Shown in pieces: positions 36,659 to 45,378 of a DNA stretch of 64,000 bases. This DNA is from a phage, in the NCBI GenBank assembly GCA_024673055.1, contig GCA_024673055.1_4537.1, one strand, 5' to 3'. The translations under genes were made by a program, and so were the position numbers. Each line of letters begins with the position of its first letter. The stretch's first letter is position 1. A model generated the notes under the pieces. It saw only the letters and a list, made by a program, of their open reading frames with translations. It did not search any database and was not told the DNA's origin.

Positions 36659-39600
36659 TGAGTAAGTTTACATGGGATATTGAAGCAAACGGATTGTTGA
36701 ATAATGACACTATTGATTATTTAGCTAGTCCTTATCGTCTCAAAGACACATTTCAAATGCACTGTATTGTCTTAGAGAACCATGAAACAGGAGAAATAGT
36801 AGCTTTCCACGATGGCCCTAAATACATCTTTGATGGGCGTCCTTATGAAGAGTCAGATGGTAAATACACATATGTTCTTAAAGAGTATGTGGCGCAAGAT
36901 TACACACATTTTCAACTAAAAGATTTCCCAGACTTTATTAATCATGAAGGTTATTTTAAAGATAAGCCTGAATATCTGGTTGAAATGGCTGTGGCTCACA
37001 ACGGTATCAACTACGACTGGTTGGCTACAAAACTGTTTTATGGCTTAGATTACAGTGTTAAATATAACACGTGGGGCAAAAATAAGGTAAAACTTATTGA
37101 CTCCTTGATTTTGAGTAAAGTGTTAAACCCAGATCGAAAGATTGAGGGCAAATCAGGACATAGTTTGGCAGCACTTTCTCGAAAGGCAGGTGGTGATGTA
37201 AAAATAGATTTCCGTAAAGAGATTCCAGAAGAAGATCGATTTAAGACTTTTGCTGCGGATATGCTTTATTACTGTATTTATGACAACAAAGCCAATACGA
37301 GCGTATATAATTACCTTATGGAAGAATGGGGCGATTATGATAAATGGGAAGGTCCATTTGAACTTGAACAACGTGTAGCAGACATTATTACACGCCAGGA
37401 ACACCGTGGGTTTGCTTTTAACATGAAGCAAGCAGAAGAGAACCTTGCTTTTTTGGATGCAGAAATGGAGCGTCTTCGTTTACTCGTTGAGCCTATTTTG
37501 CCACCTAAACCAGCAACAAAAGGTTATCTTAAGGCTTTTATTCCACCTAAGTTGCAAATTAAAAAGAACTTAGAGCCAACTAACCATATGATCAATTTTG
37601 CTAAGAAACATGATGGTCATTTGGAAGAGAGGGATGGCGATTGGTGGTTAGTTATGTTGGGGAAAGAGTGGAAACTGCCAGTTGCAGCAGATGAGCCTCT
37701 ATGTGATCCTAACATTCCTGCAACATTGAACGATACAACCCATATTAAAAACTGGCTCGTAGGATTAGGTTGGGTACCGTCTGAATATAAAGATAAAGAC
37801 TTGACGCTTAAATCTGGCACCAAAATTAAAAAGAGCGAGGAAGAACTTCAGAAAGGTATTAGAGCTTACGTTGAGCAAACTCTATCTTCTAATTTTTGTC
37901 AGGATCGTTGTGATCATCTGGAGTGCACACCGGAAACTTTGGAAAGGAAGATTCAAGAGCGTATAGCAAAAGGTAAAGGTCGCGGTCTTAAAGTATTGAC
38001 TAACCCATGTTTTACCAAAGGTCAGGAAAAAGAAATTTGTCCTAACCTGCAAGCTTTGGGTGAGAAATTTCCTTATGCTACACAGATTGTAGAATACTTA
38101 ACGTATAAGCATCGTAGGAACTCTATTTTAGGTGGCGGTGCTGATTGGGAAGAAGATGAAGAAGATCAAGAATACGATAAAGGTTTCTTAGCCGCAGTAA
38201 GGGCGGATGGGCGTATTCCTACACCAGCCGCTACATGTGATGCTGCAACCTCTCGTATGAAACATAGATCTGTAGCTAATATTCCTCGTGTCACATCTTT
38301 GTTTGGATGGGAGATGCGTAACTTGTTTGGTGTAGAGGTTCCTAAATACTTCCAGATTGGCTACGACTTCGACTCTTTGGAAGCAAAAATTGAATCGCAT
38401 TACTGTGTGCCGATGGATGCTCAAGCTTTGACTCGTAAAGGTTGGGTAGGATATCACGACCTGAAGGAAGGGGATGAGATTTTAGGGTACAATGCTGAAA
38501 CAGGTCTGAAAGAATGGACTAAAGTAAAAGGTAAGGTCTTCTATAAAAATAGTAAGACGTTTGAGATTAAAGGGAAATCACACACTTACCGTGCAACAGC
38601 AGATCACCGTTGGTATGTTAATACCCGTAGTAAAGGGAATACTTATGTGCCTAAAGTCAGAACAACTGCCGAGCTTTGCACAGGAGATAACATTATTTGT
38701 AATGCTCCATTTAACATGGAACAAGATCAGGTAAATAGTTTAACTTCTGTTCAACAGGGTAAATGGGATGTTCCGTGGGTAGAACGTGTAGTTAATATGT
38801 CTCATGCCGAGCGTGTAGCTTTCTTGGAAGGTTTCTTGATTGCAGATGGTTACTGGCACGAACATAAACAAAAACCTGTTTGGCGTTGGGCGCAGAACCC
38901 AGGTGAACTTTTTGAAGCAGCTTTAACTGCCTCGTACCTGGTGCATGGAGGCAATATCTCTGTAGCTTTCAATACAAAAGAGCAGAAAGTAAAAGTGGCA
39001 ACATTGACTAACCGCTCTCACATTCCTGTTCAAAGTTTGACTATTGAAGAGTGGGGTGTAGAAGATGTTTGGTGTCCACAAACAGAACTTGGTACGTGGG
39101 TCATGCGTCAGAAAGACTGCATTACCATCACAGGAAACTGTTGGCGGTACGAGCCGGAGCCACACGAATATTGTAACGCTCTGTTGTTAGAGAAACCTAA
39201 TGATGTTCACACAATGATGGCAAAACGTATCACTGAAACTATTGGACGTAAATTTGAACGTAGTCCTGCTAAATCTGTTAAGTATGGTATTACCTATGGT
39301 GCACAAGCCGACAAGGTTGCTAAAACAATTGGTAGCGACAAGTTTACAGGTCAATTGGTGTTCGATGCTTTCTGGGAAGCTGCATTCCCATTGGCGCGTC
39401 TTAAAGAACGTTTAAACGATTTCTGGGTTAAGACTGGTAAACAATATGTTTTGGGTATTGACGGTCGTAAGGTTCCTACTCGTTCTGCTCACGCGATTCT
39501 TAACTCTCTGTTCCAAAGCGGTGGGGTTATCTGTGCTAAACGTGCAATGGTTATTTATGATGACATGATCGAAGAAGAAGGGCTAAGTGTTGACTTCTTT

Positions 39601-39990
39601 AAAGATGACTGGAAGAATAAAGACTTCGTGCAACAAATGATTGCATATCACGATGAAGCCCAGCTTGAAGTTTCTCGTAACCTTGTAGAATTCAAATGGT
39701 TTTCACCGGAATCATTAGGTTGGAAGAAAGTAGACGATCCTGAAGAACAAAAGAAAATTGATAAAGAATGCCTTGCTAAAGTTGAAGAATGGAAGCATAA
39801 TAAGGAAAAAGAGACAGGGCAAATTTGGGCTAACATTCATGAATCTCCCAAAGGTGGATGGTTTACAGCTTATAGTCGGGCAGGTGAACTTGCTGCTTTA
39901 GCTGTTACTAAGGCTGGAGAATTTTACAATCTTAATGTTCAGCTTACTGCTGGATATGACGTGGGGAATTCCTGGGCCAGTTGTCACTGA
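36658..39990 (+). CDS. family A DNA polymerase with 3'-5' exonuclease domain, interrupted by an intein
   Basis: Exo I WDIEANGL; motif A DFDSLEAKIESHY; motif B RSPAKSVKYGITYG; motif C YHDEAQLEV; about 245-aa insert between motifs A and B. Confidence 0.9.
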   Translation: MSKFTWDIEANGLLNNDTIDYLASPYRLKDTFQMHCIVLENHETGEIVAFHDGPKYIFDGRPYEESDGKYTYVLKEYVAQDYTHFQLKDFPDFINHEGYFKDKPEYLVEMAVAHNGINYDWLATKLFYGLDYSVKYNTWGKNKVKLIDSLILSKVLNPDRKIEGKSGHSLAALSRKAGGDVKIDFRKEIPEEDRFKTFAADMLYYCIYDNKANTSVYNYLMEEWGDYDKWEGPFELEQRVADIITRQEHRGFAFNMKQAEENLAFLDAEMERLRLLVEPILPPKPATKGYLKAFIPPKLQIKKNLEPTNHMINFAKKHDGHLEERDGDWWLVMLGKEWKLPVAADEPLCDPNIPATLNDTTHIKNWLVGLGWVPSEYKDKDLTLKSGTKIKKSEEELQKGIRAYVEQTLSSNFCQDRCDHLECTPETLERKIQERIAKGKGRGLKVLTNPCFTKGQEKEICPNLQALGEKFPYATQIVEYLTYKHRRNSILGGGADWEEDEEDQEYDKGFLAAVRADGRIPTPAATCDAATSRMKHRSVANIPRVTSLFGWEMRNLFGVEVPKYFQIGYDFDSLEAKIESHYCVPMDAQALTRKGWVGYHDLKEGDEILGYNAETGLKEWTKVKGKVFYKNSKTFEIKGKSHTYRATADHRWYVNTRSKGNTYVPKVRTTAELCTGDNIICNAPFNMEQDQVNSLTSVQQGKWDVPWVERVVNMSHAERVAFLEGFLIADGYWHEHKQKPVWRWAQNPGELFEAALTASYLVHGGNISVAFNTKEQKVKVATLTNRSHIPVQSLTIEEWGVEDVWCPQTELGTWVMRQKDCITITGNCWRYEPEPHEYCNALLLEKPNDVHTMMAKRITETIGRKFERSPAKSVKYGITYGAQADKVAKTIGSDKFTGQLVFDAFWEAAFPLARLKERLNDFWVKTGKQYVLGIDGRKVPTRSAHAILNSLFQSGGVICAKRAMVIYDDMIEEEGLSVDFFKDDWKNKDFVQQMIAYHDEAQLEVSRNLVEFKWFSPESLGWKKVDDPEEQKKIDKECLAKVEEWKHNKEKETGQIWANIHESPKGGWFTAYSRAGELAALAVTKAGEFYNLNVQLTAGYDVGNSWASCH
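38404..39138 (+). mobile_element. intein (about 245 aa) within the DNA polymerase, with degenerate LAGLIDADG-like block
   Basis: Starts with Cys right after motif A; block B-like RATADHRWYV; LEGFLIADGYW; ends ...ITGN followed by Cys; flanks resemble uninterrupted T7-type pol sequence. Confidence 0.65.
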
Positions 39991-40008
39991 TCTAACGTAT
40001 TGTTTTAT

Positions 40009-40030
40009 AAGGGGCTTCTGCCCCTTTATA
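40009..40030 (+). terminator. Rho-independent terminator GGGGC-TTCT-GCCCC + TTTATA
   Basis: Hairpin after polymerase stop. Confidence 0.55.
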
Positions 40031-40039
40031 GGAGAAGAT

Positions 40040-40231
40040 ATGAGTTACGATTTAGATTGTTTTGGTATGCCTTATCTACCAGATGAATTTGAAGGTGAAG
40101 AAGAACGTGAATGGGACGATGGGGATATCCGTTGTTGGTCTTGTGGCAAAGATATGTCTTATGAACAACATATGCACAATGATGGTTTCTGCATACATTG
40201 TTATAATGAAATTGATCTGGAGGAAGATTAA
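40040..40231 (+). CDS. small zinc-ribbon protein (63 aa)
   Basis: CWSCG...CIHCY; ATG at 40040 after GGAGAAG. Confidence 0.4.
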   Translation: MSYDLDCFGMPYLPDEFEGEEEREWDDGDIRCWSCGKDMSYEQHMHNDGFCIHCYNEIDLEED

Positions 40232-40398
40232 TGGGAAATGGTATCATGATTTGCTATAAAATTGTGCGTATTGTCGGAGACGAAATTACCACTCGGTATT
40301 TTATGATAGAGTCTCAAGCCGATGAGGTTTACAATGACTGGCTTGAAAAAGGTGGGTACGATTTTGTATCTAAAGAAACTTTCCGTTTAGAAGTATAA
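40231..40398 (+). CDS. hypothetical small protein (55 aa), not in ORF track
   Basis: ATG overlapping previous stop (TAATG). Confidence 0.3.
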   Translation: MGNGIMICYKIVRIVGDEITTRYFMIESQADEVYNDWLEKGGYDFVSKETFRLEV

Positions 40399-40408
40399 GG
40401 AGAAAACA

Positions 40409-40627
40409 ATGCGTAAATTAGTGAGCTTTAATGTTTCAATTTTTGTTGATGAACAAAATGAAGATGTTATTAAGGGTCTTGCAAATAAGATTGCAGGTGG
40501 AATGACGGAAGCTGAAGTGTGGGAAGAATGTGCTCGACTTTATGAGGAAGGTGTTATTGAGGTCTTGGGGGATGAGATTAATATGGACGATGTTGTAAAA
40601 GTAACTGTGGAGCGTATCAATGACTAA
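40409..40627 (+). CDS. hypothetical acidic protein (72 aa)
   Basis: ORF with AAGGAG RBS. Confidence 0.4.
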   Translation: MRKLVSFNVSIFVDEQNEDVIKGLANKIAGGMTEAEVWEECARLYEEGVIEVLGDEINMDDVVKVTVERIND

Positions 40628-41213
40628 ATCAAAACAAATCAATATTGCCAAAGAAATTCTTACCGTATTAAAGATCGCTGATCCTAATTCTGTCTTGGCT
40701 GGCGGTGCTGTTCGTGATTGGCGTATTCTTGATATTGCTGGACGTGATCTGGATTTCTATACATCCCTTCCTGCACATCGGACTGAAGAACAAATACAAG
40801 GATTAATTGCATCTGCTTTAATGGGAACCAATATTCGTAAACTAGGAAACAAAGAGGCTTCTGACAATTATGAAGGTGTTACTGGTCTTAAACACGTTTT
40901 TGAGTTTGAACGTGATGGTCAGCTTTGCAACCTTATGATTATGGAACCAAGCGTAATGACAACCTTTCTAAATGAGTTCGATCTGTCCATCTGCCAAGCT
41001 GCATTTGATGGGAAGGATTGTTATTATTCTAAAGATTTTGAAACAACCTTGGAAACAGGGATCTGCTTCTTGCACAAAGACGTTAGAGAAGATGCCAAAC
41101 ACGTTATTAAAATTGCTACACGTTTCCCATATCTTCGTTTTGTGAAAGAGGTTAAGGTTCCACGTCCACCTCAAGTAGATACCAGATTGGAAGAAGATGA
41201 TATTCCTTGGTAA
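40620..41213 (+). CDS. nucleotidyltransferase-fold protein (Pol-beta superfamily) with SSB-tail-like C-terminus
   Basis: LAGGAVRDWRILDIAGRDLDFY resembles the GGxVRD...DxD head motif of CCA-adding/polyA polymerases; C-terminus ...LEEDDIPW. Confidence 0.45.
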   Translation: MTKSKQINIAKEILTVLKIADPNSVLAGGAVRDWRILDIAGRDLDFYTSLPAHRTEEQIQGLIASALMGTNIRKLGNKEASDNYEGVTGLKHVFEFERDGQLCNLMIMEPSVMTTFLNEFDLSICQAAFDGKDCYYSKDFETTLETGICFLHKDVREDAKHVIKIATRFPYLRFVKEVKVPRPPQVDTRLEEDDIPW

Positions 41214-41220
41214 TTAAAGC

Positions 41221-41250
41221 TTGACAATATTAAACATTTTATGATAGGAT
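41221..41250 (+). promoter_or_regulatory. sigma70-like promoter TTGACA-18-TAGGAT
   Basis: Direct reading. Confidence 0.35.
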
Positions 41251-41258
41251 AGCATTCA

Positions 41259-41651
41259 ATGACTGAACGTTCTAAGATAGCTGTTGAAACTGTTTATGGA
41301 AACTATACCAGTTTGACACTAGTTGAGAAAAATGTTGTAGGTCTTGACAACTCTTTTTATTTTCAAATTTTGGTTATTCAAGGTGGAAACAAGAAGCTAA
41401 CTGCTCGTGTTGAAACATCTGAAATAATTGAAACCACTGTTACAAACAAAGAATTCATTTCACTGCAAGATACAATCCGAAACGTTATAGACGAAGAAGG
41501 CAAAGCTGCCACAATTAAACTCGGAGGTTTTCCAGTGCAAATAGTTCATTTCCCTAATGGTGAAATTGGAGTTGGAATAGGTAAAGGTAAATACCTGTTA
41601 GAGCAAGATGATATGGAAAGACTCCGCTCTTTCTGTGCAAAATTAATGTAA
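41259..41651 (+). CDS. hypothetical protein (130 aa)
   Basis: ORF. Confidence 0.45.
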   Translation: MTERSKIAVETVYGNYTSLTLVEKNVVGLDNSFYFQILVIQGGNKKLTARVETSEIIETTVTNKEFISLQDTIRNVIDEEGKAATIKLGGFPVQIVHFPNGEIGVGIGKGKYLLEQDDMERLRSFCAKLM

Positions 41652-41667
41652 TGTAGAGGAGATAATA

Positions 41668-42600
41668 ATGTCCGTAATTAATACTGAAACTGATCGTAAA
41701 GGCAAAACCGTAACTTATGCAACTGGTATCGTAGACTACGTTAAACTGGATAAATTCGCTGAACCTAAAACTTTTCATTGGGAAGGAAAAACGATTGTTT
41801 CAACTCACCGAGCTTCTCTTGTTCTGAAAGAGAAAGGTGCTAAACCAGATGAGAAAGGTGTTTGGATTTCTCTTGGTGACATTGAACTGAAAGAAGGTTA
41901 TGAAAACCTGCAAGTCAAAGAAGGTGATAATTGGATCACTATTGAAAAAGGTGTAGAAGTAAGTATTGATATTGATCGCGTTGATAATAAAGGCGGTAAA
42001 ACTTACTACAATACTAAAAAATCTCGTATTACAGTATTGTCTACCGATGGTGTTCAGAAGTCTAACAAATCTTCTGGCAATAAAGGTTCCAACGATGCTG
42101 CTCCTAAGCAATCCTATAAAAAACGTGATACTGTAGGTCTGGAAACTGGTCACGCAGTAAATGGTGCACTGGAACTGATTCGTAATGGTGTTAAAGGCGA
42201 TGCTTTCGATATCGCTGGGGTTGTTCAATCTGCAACTGTCACGCTGAAATCGGAAATTGCTGAATCTCGTGGCGTTGATATTAATGATTATGATCTTGGG
42301 GCATCTGTTGGTCACGCTATTCTTAATGCTTGTAAAGACCATACCATTAAGACTGTATCTGTAGAAGATCTGATTGACTCTGCTCGTAAAGTTCTAGCTC
42401 TGTCTGATAAAGTTGCTGCTGCCATTCGTGGTTCCGCAGAACAACCTAAGAAAGAAGAGAAGAAAGAAGTTAAAAAGCCTGAACCACAACCAGAACCAAC
42501 TCCAAGTAATCAAGAAGAACCTCCAATGGACTTCGACGATGATATTCCATTTGCTCCTATTGGACTGCAATATGGTCGAAACTTCCTGCATTGCTTCTAA
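41668..42600 (+). CDS. single-stranded-DNA-binding-protein-like (SSB-like)
   Basis: Contains ...EEPPMDFDDDIPF, matching the E. coli SSB C-terminal tip, followed by 15 extra residues; CTG/CGT/GGT-rich codon usage. Confidence 0.55.
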   Translation: MSVINTETDRKGKTVTYATGIVDYVKLDKFAEPKTFHWEGKTIVSTHRASLVLKEKGAKPDEKGVWISLGDIELKEGYENLQVKEGDNWITIEKGVEVSIDIDRVDNKGGKTYYNTKKSRITVLSTDGVQKSNKSSGNKGSNDAAPKQSYKKRDTVGLETGHAVNGALELIRNGVKGDAFDIAGVVQSATVTLKSEIAESRGVDINDYDLGASVGHAILNACKDHTIKTVSVEDLIDSARKVLALSDKVAAAIRGSAEQPKKEEKKEVKKPEPQPEPTPSNQEEPPMDFDDDIPFAPIGLQYGRNFLHCF

Positions 42601-42635
42601 GGTTTGTTTCAAGTGTGTGAGGTTGAACGCTGAAT

Positions 42636-42670
42636 AAAAGAAAGGAGCCATTTGGCTCCTTTTCTTATTT
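42636..42670. terminator. bidirectional terminator between convergent gene blocks (A-run, GGAGCC-ATTT-GGCTCC, T-run)
   Basis: Hairpin 42644-42659 flanked by A-rich and T-rich tracts. Confidence 0.6.
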
Positions 42671-45337
42671 ATAATTGGAAGGAATGTTGTTATAATCAGA
42701 AAGTTTTGTGCAATACCTGAATAGGTAACTATTAGCTACTCCGCCTAATGTATTTGTTAATGTTGTTCCTGTTCCTGTAAGATTTGTGCATCCACTAAAG
42801 AAAGAAGATAATGCTCCACGTTTACCACAAACAGTTAACCCTGGGTTGTCATTAAAGATTTTATTAAAATCTGTAAGTGCTAAACAACCTTGGAATGTGG
42901 CTGTTAAAGAGGTCACTTTCGTTGGAATATTATCAAACATTCCTGCTGGAACTTCTGCAAGAGAGGTGCAATCTTTAAAGGTGTAAGAATATCTTGTAAC
43001 TTTTGATAGATTCTTAAATAAATCTGAAGGAATAGATGTTAAAGATGTACAACCTTCAAACGTGCTTGACATTGTTGTCATTGAAGGAAATAAAGCATCA
43101 CTGAATAATCCTTCAGGGATAGCTGTCAAACTTGTGCAGCCAGAGAAGATACCGCTTATAGATGTTCCGGTGTAAGATGTGTTACTAAAACAATCAGAAG
43201 TTATTCGTCTTAAGTTAGCACAACCTTTTAAGAATTGTGAGGCTGGGCTTGTAGAATAACCAATTCTGTTGCCGCCCCATAATTCTAAAAGATCTGGATT
43301 TGCTTCCATAGACACATCAACACTATTCACTACTGAAGCACTTGCAAATTCAATAGCCAGTCTATATTCTCCTGCTGGATAACTATCCACTGTAGAGAAA
43401 GCTTTATTTCTAAATATTACTTTATTTGAAGGTATTACAACGTCATCCACCTTAACTACAAAGTTAGCTGGTGTGACAGTACCCGATAAAATTGGGAACG
43501 TAATTGCCCCATCTGCCGAGTGGTTGAAATATCCGTTTAGAACCGTTAAACTACTACTCGGAGATGGAGCTAACTCCTTTCCCGCAACAGCGTTCACCGT
43601 TAAATAAGAACTATCAGAAGCGGTAACAACACCTTGATATGTAGCTGTGCAACCAATCCTACAACCACCATCACCAACACCAGTTATTACACCAGTTGTA
43701 GGATCTACTGTAGCAACACTAGGATCTGTAGTTGTATACTCAACAACCATACCAGGTAAGCTTGCTGCTCCTGTTGGTGTTATTTCTGCTACCATTGTTT
43801 GTGTTGTTCCTACATCCATCGCAGATAAGCTAGGGGTGTAAACACTCAATGTTGAAGCATACCCTCCAGAGGTATCTGATAAAGTTGTTCCTTCAGCGTT
43901 TAAGGCTGTCATACCTGCATCAAAACCACCTTCTGCATGGAAAGTCATTAAACCAGTAGATGATATTGTCATGTTTGCAGGGGCAGAAGAAGTGTATTTA
44001 ATATTGAAAAGTTTACCTCCTTCTGGGCTAACAGAATGTGTCAACTGTTTAGTTCCACCTACAATACAAATTCCTAAAGAATCTGTAGTTAAGCTAGTTG
44101 CCAGCACATCTCCCGTAATCACAGAGCTTGCTATCGGTGTGAATTTATTATAATTTAGACCACTGTTGAACAGATACGAGGCTTTCCCATCTTTCCAAAT
44201 ACCGGAATAATACATATCCCCGTTATAAACGAAAAAGGTTCCTTGATAACCTAATTGGTTAGTAATATCCATATTCAGCGTATGAACGCTTGTGAGCTTG
44301 TTTATATCCCAGGAACCCACTCCTTCAGGTTTAACTGGTTTTCCCACTTGGAGTGGATCTCCGCTCGCAGAATCATACCCCAAACCTAAGTTTGCAGTGT
44401 AGTTCTTACCAATAGCCCACAAGGAATTATTGATCCCAACGAAAAAAGAGTGGCGGCTTGGTGGAAATTTCCATGTTGAGAAACCTGCTGCAAAGGTGTC
44501 CAGTTTAGTGTAGGTTGTTTCTGTATTAGACCTAACATATAAGTAGTTTACTGTACCCGTGCCGCCGGAGGTATCTCCTACAACTATTGTCTGGGAAACT
44601 GTATTGATGTAATCTTTGACATACACTGTTTCAGTAGTGGATATCGTGGCATTGACAAAAGCGGTTGTTGTGTTATTATTACCTGCTAAACCTTTACTAG
44701 CTCCACAAACACGCAAGGTTCCCACATTGTTGACATAAGAGCATTGGTTGTAACCTGCATCAAAAGCAACTGCTGAACTTGTTATCTGACGAGGAGTAGA
44801 AACTTCGTTAGTAGTGCTTGCACCTAAACTACCTACTGTGTTTTGACCCGATCCATAAAGAACACCACTATTCATTAACCAGAGAGTATTGTTATACCCT
44901 CCTTTAACCTCTTTAAGATTGGCTAAAGAAATAGTCCCTGTTATTACAGATGGAAAGCTGGTCCAAGTAGTTACACATGCATCCGTACCACCTGCTGCTA
45001 TAGATCCTACCAACCCTGCTGTCAATCCTGAATATTGCCATCCCCCACTATTAGTTTTAATAACAAAACAACGATCTGCGGTAAACACATCCGCTACTAC
45101 AGTAGAAGCTAAGTGGAAATTATTGAATCGTGCACTACGAGTTCCATCTGCAATCTCACCAAAGAGGTTTGCGCCTTGAGTAAACAATCTACCATCATTA
45201 AGCAAAATTGCTAAACTACTGTTAGAATTACCAGCGTTATCTGGGTAATCTAAAGTAATTACTTTTTTAACAATACCTGCTGGCAGAGGAACGACACCAG
45301 TACTGGTCATAATAGTAAATATTGGAATTGGAAACAT
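42665..45337 (-). CDS. multidomain tail fibre-like protein: RCC1-like repeats, Ig-like segment, C-terminal BspA-type leucine-rich repeats
   Basis: Repeats FxGCTSLTxIPxxLF, FKDCTSLAEVPAGMF, FQGCLALT, FSGCTNLTG; Gly-rich propeller-like repeats near N-terminus. Confidence 0.6.
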   Translation of the reverse strand: MFPIPIFTIMTSTGVVPLPAGIVKKVITLDYPDNAGNSNSSLAILLNDGRLFTQGANLFGEIADGTRSARFNNFHLASTVVADVFTADRCFVIKTNSGGWQYSGLTAGLVGSIAAGGTDACVTTWTSFPSVITGTISLANLKEVKGGYNNTLWLMNSGVLYGSGQNTVGSLGASTTNEVSTPRQITSSAVAFDAGYNQCSYVNNVGTLRVCGASKGLAGNNNTTTAFVNATISTTETVYVKDYINTVSQTIVVGDTSGGTGTVNYLYVRSNTETTYTKLDTFAAGFSTWKFPPSRHSFFVGINNSLWAIGKNYTANLGLGYDSASGDPLQVGKPVKPEGVGSWDINKLTSVHTLNMDITNQLGYQGTFFVYNGDMYYSGIWKDGKASYLFNSGLNYNKFTPIASSVITGDVLATSLTTDSLGICIVGGTKQLTHSVSPEGGKLFNIKYTSSAPANMTISSTGLMTFHAEGGFDAGMTALNAEGTTLSDTSGGYASTLSVYTPSLSAMDVGTTQTMVAEITPTGAASLPGMVVEYTTTDPSVATVDPTTGVITGVGDGGCRIGCTATYQGVVTASDSSYLTVNAVAGKELAPSPSSSLTVLNGYFNHSADGAITFPILSGTVTPANFVVKVDDVVIPSNKVIFRNKAFSTVDSYPAGEYRLAIEFASASVVNSVDVSMEANPDLLELWGGNRIGYSTSPASQFLKGCANLRRITSDCFSNTSYTGTSISGIFSGCTSLTAIPEGLFSDALFPSMTTMSSTFEGCTSLTSIPSDLFKNLSKVTRYSYTFKDCTSLAEVPAGMFDNIPTKVTSLTATFQGCLALTDFNKIFNDNPGLTVCGKRGALSSFFSGCTNLTGTGTTLTNTLGGVANSYLFRYCTKLSDYNNIPSNYK

Positions 45338-45349
45338 TTAAACCCTCCA

Positions 45350-45375
45350 TAAAAAGAAAGCCCCTTTCGGGGCTT
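45350..45375 (-). terminator. Rho-independent terminator (GCCCC-TTTC-GGGGC) for the collagen-like fibre gene
   Basis: Hairpin followed by T-run on minus strand. Confidence 0.55.
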
Positions 45376-45378
45376 CTG

